DNA of 63,975 nucleotides, counting the filler. It is 9 parts of 9 records of this genome, joined end to end, with 100 filler letters (N's around TTAATTAATTAA, not from the genome) between each part and the next. Parts side by side here need not be neighbours in the genome. Positions count along the whole stretch, not along the records: positions 56,041 to 63,975 come from SRR7504441_2728; 8 more parts are not named here. One strand, given 5' to 3'. The position numbers and the translations under genes were made by a program. This document shows positions 59,001-63,975 of this stretch, in pieces. The notes under the pieces were generated by a model. It did not search any database. It was not told the DNA's origin and saw nothing but the letters and a program-made list of their open reading frames with translations. Position 1 is the stretch's first letter, and the number at the start of each line of letters is the position of its first letter.

Positions 59001-62000
59001 GGGATTCATTCAGTGGAGAGGGCCAAGTATGAGGCCAAGAGAACTCCAGCATCCAAGTTGAGGCATGCACTTGCAGAGAAGGAGTATCTCATTACCACAG
59101 AGGGCTTGTCGCCTGAAGATGCTTCTGAGGTGGCCTTCCGGCGGGCTGGTTTGCAGCTGCCGGACAAAGAGGAGCAGCCAGTCTGGCTATCGCGATGCAT
59201 CCAGGTTTTCAAAGAGAAGATCGATCACGATATCCCAGAGGTGGTACCCAGACACATGTCGCTTGTCGCTAGCCTGGCTGCAACTGCTGGAGAGTTCCAG
59301 TTCCTTGTGGCACGGGATCCTGAAGCCATGATGCTCAAGGACGAAATTCTTGATCAGGTGCCTTTTTTCTAATGCCTTGCGCGTCGGTAAAGCTTTGATT
59401 GCTGTAGGTGAGGCTTTCTTATGATAACTCAGCAGGCGTAGATACAAGCCAAGACCAGGAAATGGAGCAGGAGCAACAGGAGGAGAAACAGAAGCAGAAG
59501 CTTGAGGAGAAGAACCCGATTTCTGGCAGCTATGCTGCCAGAGCTGATGTCAGCCCTTGGCTAGTTGCAGACCTAGCAGACCCCAGCTGCATGATGGGCG
59601 ACACATTTTATCGGCTGAATCAATTCAAACCAAAGAAGGACTCGTTGCCCATCCCTTTCCAGGACTCGCTGCTCATGTCAAGAAACATGACCGAGCTAGA
59701 CATCACAGAGGACTTGCCACGCCGTCTGAAGAACTGCATCGTACTCCTGCACTGGACGGTCACCCCAGAGGATGGCCCTCCTCAAGGATATACCGTCTGT
59801 GTGTCGCTTGCTGAAGCTGAGTCGCTGCGTCGGGCAATCCAAAATGGTCTGCCTGGCAGTAACTTCAAGATCTCTCTGTGTTGCACCGATGCCCTGTGGC
59901 TAACAGACAAGCCCGACTTTGAGCCTGCTGCTGCCACCGCTCTGCTGGCTGAGGATGCAGCGGCAACCGAGGTCGAGGCCCCAGCTGCACCTTCAGTGGT
60001 GGTTTCTGATCAGCAGGCTTCTGAGCTGATCGAGATTGCACAAGGCATGCTAGGCATCGAGCTGTCGATGGAGCACGCTGAAGTTGTGCTGCGGACTAAT
60101 CAGTGCAACATGCAGCAGGCCCTCGACTATGTGCAGATCCACAATCAACCACATGAGCTCGCCCAGCTGCTCCAAACCTACCCCAAAATTGAGCCAGGCC
60201 CAAGTGCCCCTCCGGTGGCGGAACCTGCAGCTGAGCCCGAGGCTGAAACTCCTGCAGAGCCTGCAAAGCCGACTCTCTCCAGGACCAAGACTTACATGCA
60301 GCGGATGGTCAAGCGCGAGCATCAACACCTTGTGAGCAACGAAAAGATGGGCAACAACGAAGCTGCAGTGCTTGCAATCGAGCGGGTACAGGGCAAGCGG
60401 AAGTCGGAACCAATTTCTGCAGATGAGCTGCAAGCCTTTCGCGAGAGGCACCTGGAGAGCGAGATTAAGCACCTAATAGAGCAAGGTAAAAGCTCCGAGG
60501 AGGCGGAGGAAGTGGCTCGGCTATGTGCTGGACTGCCATTGCCTGAGCTCAAGACAAACGAGCAGAAGGATGACACACCAGAAGAGAAGACCGATGATGC
60601 AGACTTCAGTGTCAAAGAGATCAGGACAAGGCCTGCAATTAGGCGACAGGTCGACCACGAGTTCAAGTATCTCACAGAAACCGAAAAGATGGATGCAACC
60701 AGTGCTGCTCTACTCGCAATGACCCGTGCAGGTGTTGGCAAACCTGATTATTCGAGCTCACATCCATTCAAGAGGACTCACGCTTCAGTGAAGCGCCACA
60801 TTCACCATGAAATGGCCCATCTGGTCAACCAAGCCAAGATGAATCCAACTCAAGCAGCACAGCTGGTAATGCTAAGAGCATCTTACCTGCCAGAAGGAAC
60901 CAAGTTCCCGTACGCAGCAGGAAATCTTCCAGCAGCAGGTGCAGCAGCATCTCAGGAGGACTTTGCTACCGCAGTGCAGTGTGCTCGTTTCTGGAACAAT
61001 GAGCTGTGGTTTGACGATTCAGAGGCAATTTCTGTGCTCCATGTGCTCTCTTCATCTCGTGAATCAGACCGGCGGATCTATTTTGACGACACGATGCTGT
61101 GCAGGCGAAGGGATCGCACTTCATGGGAAGGCACCGGGGTAGCAAAGATCTTCAGCTACGCGAATGAGCAGCAACTGCTCGAACTGCGCGAAATGTGCAC
61201 TCAAGTATACGAGGCATTGTCGACATATCTTGATGTGACCCGCATCAGAGAGATCTTCTCTGCAATCGACACGAATGGAGATGGGGTCATCTCTCAGGAG
61301 GACTTGCAGGCTGTGCTTGAACAAGCAGGCTGCACCCTCAGCTCTGAAAAGCTGGCGGCTCTCTGGCGCAATGCAGATAGCAATGGAGATGGCTTCCTTG
61401 ATCTGCCAGAGTTCACTTCTGCCTTTGCTTTTGCCAGCACGCACGAAGATTCAAGGTCAGCGCAAGCACCACCACAGTCTCAGCCGGATGCCGATGCTGA
61501 GGTGAGCACTGCTCTGATTGATAGCCTCAAACCAATCGTCGAAGGAGAACTACCACGCGAGGGGTCTGTCGACAAGAGTGTTCCACCCCACTTGGCACCC
61601 TGTGCTGCGTCGGTTGTTGGTACCATGTTCCTTACGACAGGCAGCAATGCTGTTTCCCGAGGCGACGGCTTTGTGTCAACTACAGCTGCAGGCTCACTGC
61701 CATCCATTTGTCCGCGCGGCGTTCTGCTTGTGAGCGGCTCTTGGTATTACGAGGTGGTGATTGCTGCAGATGGGTTTGGGGCTTTTGGTTGGGGTCTTCC
61801 AAAGTATGTAGGCGACTCATCCAAAGGACAGGGTGTGGGTGATGACAAGAACAGCTGGGCTGTCCGCATTGATGGTAGCCGAAGCCACAGCGGAGAGTCG
61901 AACGAGTTCATGCCAGCATTCCAGGCAGGTGATGTGATTGGGTGTGCTGTATCGATCTCTAATGGCCTGGCCACCATCTCTTACGCACACAATGGAGGGG

Positions 62001-63790
62001 AACCCAAAGTTGCGTTCGAAGAGCAGTCCGTGCCAGGAGGACTGGTGCCTTTGATATCGTTTGACAGCTCGTTCTCAGCACAGCTCAATTGGGGCGAGAG
62101 AGGCTTCCTGAGACTCATGTCTCCTGGCTACCACTCGGTGCATCATTGGATCAGGAAACGGATTGAGTTCCTGGTTGCCAAGAGTGCTCATGTTTATGGC
62201 CGGCTTGGTCAGCTTGTCCCAACGACAGGCGATTCAATGGCAAAGATAGACCATCTCAAGGATGGCCAGTGGCTGATGTACTCTGAAGGGATTGCCGCAC
62301 ACGTGTTCCCGAGTGTAAAGCTCGACGGGGTGGTGTTGACTGCTGGCAAGTGGTACTACGAGTGCACAGTGGTGTCGACAGAGCACCGTGCAACGCAGCT
62401 TGGCTGGGCTGATCTTGAGTTCATTGGATCCAATCGCGAAGGTGTGGGCGTTGGTGACGACAAATGGAGCTGGGCATATGATGGCGACAGGACATGCCTT
62501 TGGCAAGGGCAATTTAGGGCCACTGGCGAAGGGCACATGGGATGGGGAAAGCAGTGGTCCAATGGGGATGTTGTTGGTGTGCTGGTAGACTTTAACCGGC
62601 GGTCGATGCACTTTACTCTGGATGGTACCTTCTACGATCTGAACTCAAGGCCAGCATTTGAGAACATAACCTTCACAGGTGGGGTGATGCCAGCGTTGAC
62701 TTCTAATCCTGGGTTCACCGGCAAACTCAACTTTGGTGCAGCTCCTTTCAAGCATAGCATCCCCGATGGAGCCCTTGCAGTGCAAGAGGCAGTCAAGGAG
62801 CGAGAGTGGGCTCTATCGCAGCCACAGAGTGACGACGAGCTCAAGTGGTCCCCGGCACAGACGGCTGGAGCGTCACTTGTTCGGGTCACGAGCAGATCCA
62901 CATTTGGTGCAGATACGAGGAGCCAGGCTTGGCTCACACCATCGTCGGGCGATCGATACCTCAACGTGGACGGTGACTTTGCATTTGCTGTCACACCACT
63001 AGGCAGCGACCTGTTGCCTTCGGTCAAACTAGCAAATGTGGCTCTGCCGCCTGGCCGATGGGTGTATGAAGTGAGAGTAGTCCAGCAGAGCGCCGGTGCA
63101 GACGCGTACGGTGTCTTTGGGTGGGGCACAGCTCGCTTCTTTGGGGATTGTGCTCGAGGCTTGGGTGTGGGAGACGACAACCAGAGTGTGGGGCTGGCTG
63201 GCTCGTACAAAACTGGATTCACGATCAAGCACGCCCATGATGTTGGCCAGCACTTGCCGCGAGGCCACACGCAGTCATTCGGGGTGGGCATCAACGATGC
63301 AGCCTGCTTTGCTGAGGGCGACGTCATCACCTGTGCGATCGACAGTGAGCTCGGTCTAGTTCGCTTTGCTAAGAACGGAGAATGGAAAGCTGAAGCTCAG
63401 TTTGAGGGCATAGCCAACGCGCCTGCGCTGACTCCAGCCATATCGCTGAAGAAGGGTCTGCAGATTCAGGTAAACTTTGGACAAGTGGAGGGAGTAGAAG
63501 GCACGTTTGGCATGTTGGGACTGCCAGAGAGCGGATACCGGCCAGTCTATCAATTCATTACTGGTGATGTCAGTGAGCCACTAGTTCTCAAGCGAAAGAA
63601 AACGCTGGTCGTGGACCCCGAGCCGGCGCCTGCCGCTACAACCGCAGATGCTCAGTTGGCTTTAGAGGTGTGTGAGGAGCTTGAGGCGCTACTAGCGAGT
63701 GAGTCGACAGTGATTACCAATCAGGCAAAGAAGGATGCTGTTGTGAAGAGAATTGCCGAGCTCCGGGCTGTCGCCAAGAGAAGCACATAG
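56041..63790 (+). CDS. Giant multidomain protein, 5' partial: DUF3645/DUF3638-type helicase-like region, UBA-like units, EF-hands and three SPRY domains
   Basis: LAVPFVGKDRPSAASEFAHPEV (DUF3645-like), GFSG|T, LIDTGALVTG, DQIHTTGTD, QGVWRMR; UBA-like ALSKTRNDMQQA and ALKHFDNDLNKA; EF-hands DTNGDGVIS and DSNGDGFLD; three WYYE...GW...GVGDD SPRY repeats. Confidence 0.8.
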
Positions 63791-63975
63791 CTAGTACTTG
63801 GTGCACGTATTCGTGCGGATGTCGACAACCGATCCCTTAGTATCAATTAGTAGTTATTCTTATTATTGATCGACGTCGTTCCGCACCACGAAATCTTGTG
63901 TGCGCATTTATTTTGATTAAAAGTAGTTCTAAGTTAGAGGTAGAGGCCGGGCCCGGGGCGCTGCGGAATGGAGGG

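Noticed and set aside
1-63975. rRNA, tRNA, CRISPR arrays, viral hallmark genes
   Set aside because: None were recognisable by eye; a covariance-model scan was not possible.

Overview
This is not one locus. It is nine contigs joined by artificial 100-bp linkers (44 N + TTAATTAATTAA + 44 N), so gene neighbourhood is meaningful only within a contig. The DNA comes from a compact, GC-rich eukaryote (probably a protist; lineage cannot be determined from this window). Genes carry many short spliceosomal introns (mostly 35-55 nt, GT-AG with several GC-AG) and often form divergent pairs 66-155 bp apart with a recurrent YAACGG motif. About 25 genes can be reconstructed by hand-splicing, including a sulfatase, TPR protein, MGRN1/LOG2-type RING ligase, F-box/beta-helix protein, LEG1, USP9/24/34-like deubiquitinase, RLP7-like protein, MFS transporter, kinesin and a giant DUF3645-type/UBA/EF-hand/SPRY protein. 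The most unusual region is contig 2 (9737-21842). There, bacterial-type restriction/defence nuclease modules sit among intron-rich eukaryotic genes: an intron-containing RecB-family nuclease/SF1 helicase, McrB- and McrC-like pieces, and a GmrSD-type (DUF1524) HNH domain, several with NLS-like basic clusters. The McrB/McrC/OTU-like pieces alternate in orientation and are bounded by short inverted repeats; flipping the segments at those repeats fuses them in frame. Several introns also show signs of recent gain. All family assignments rest on motif recognition by eye; no database search was run.
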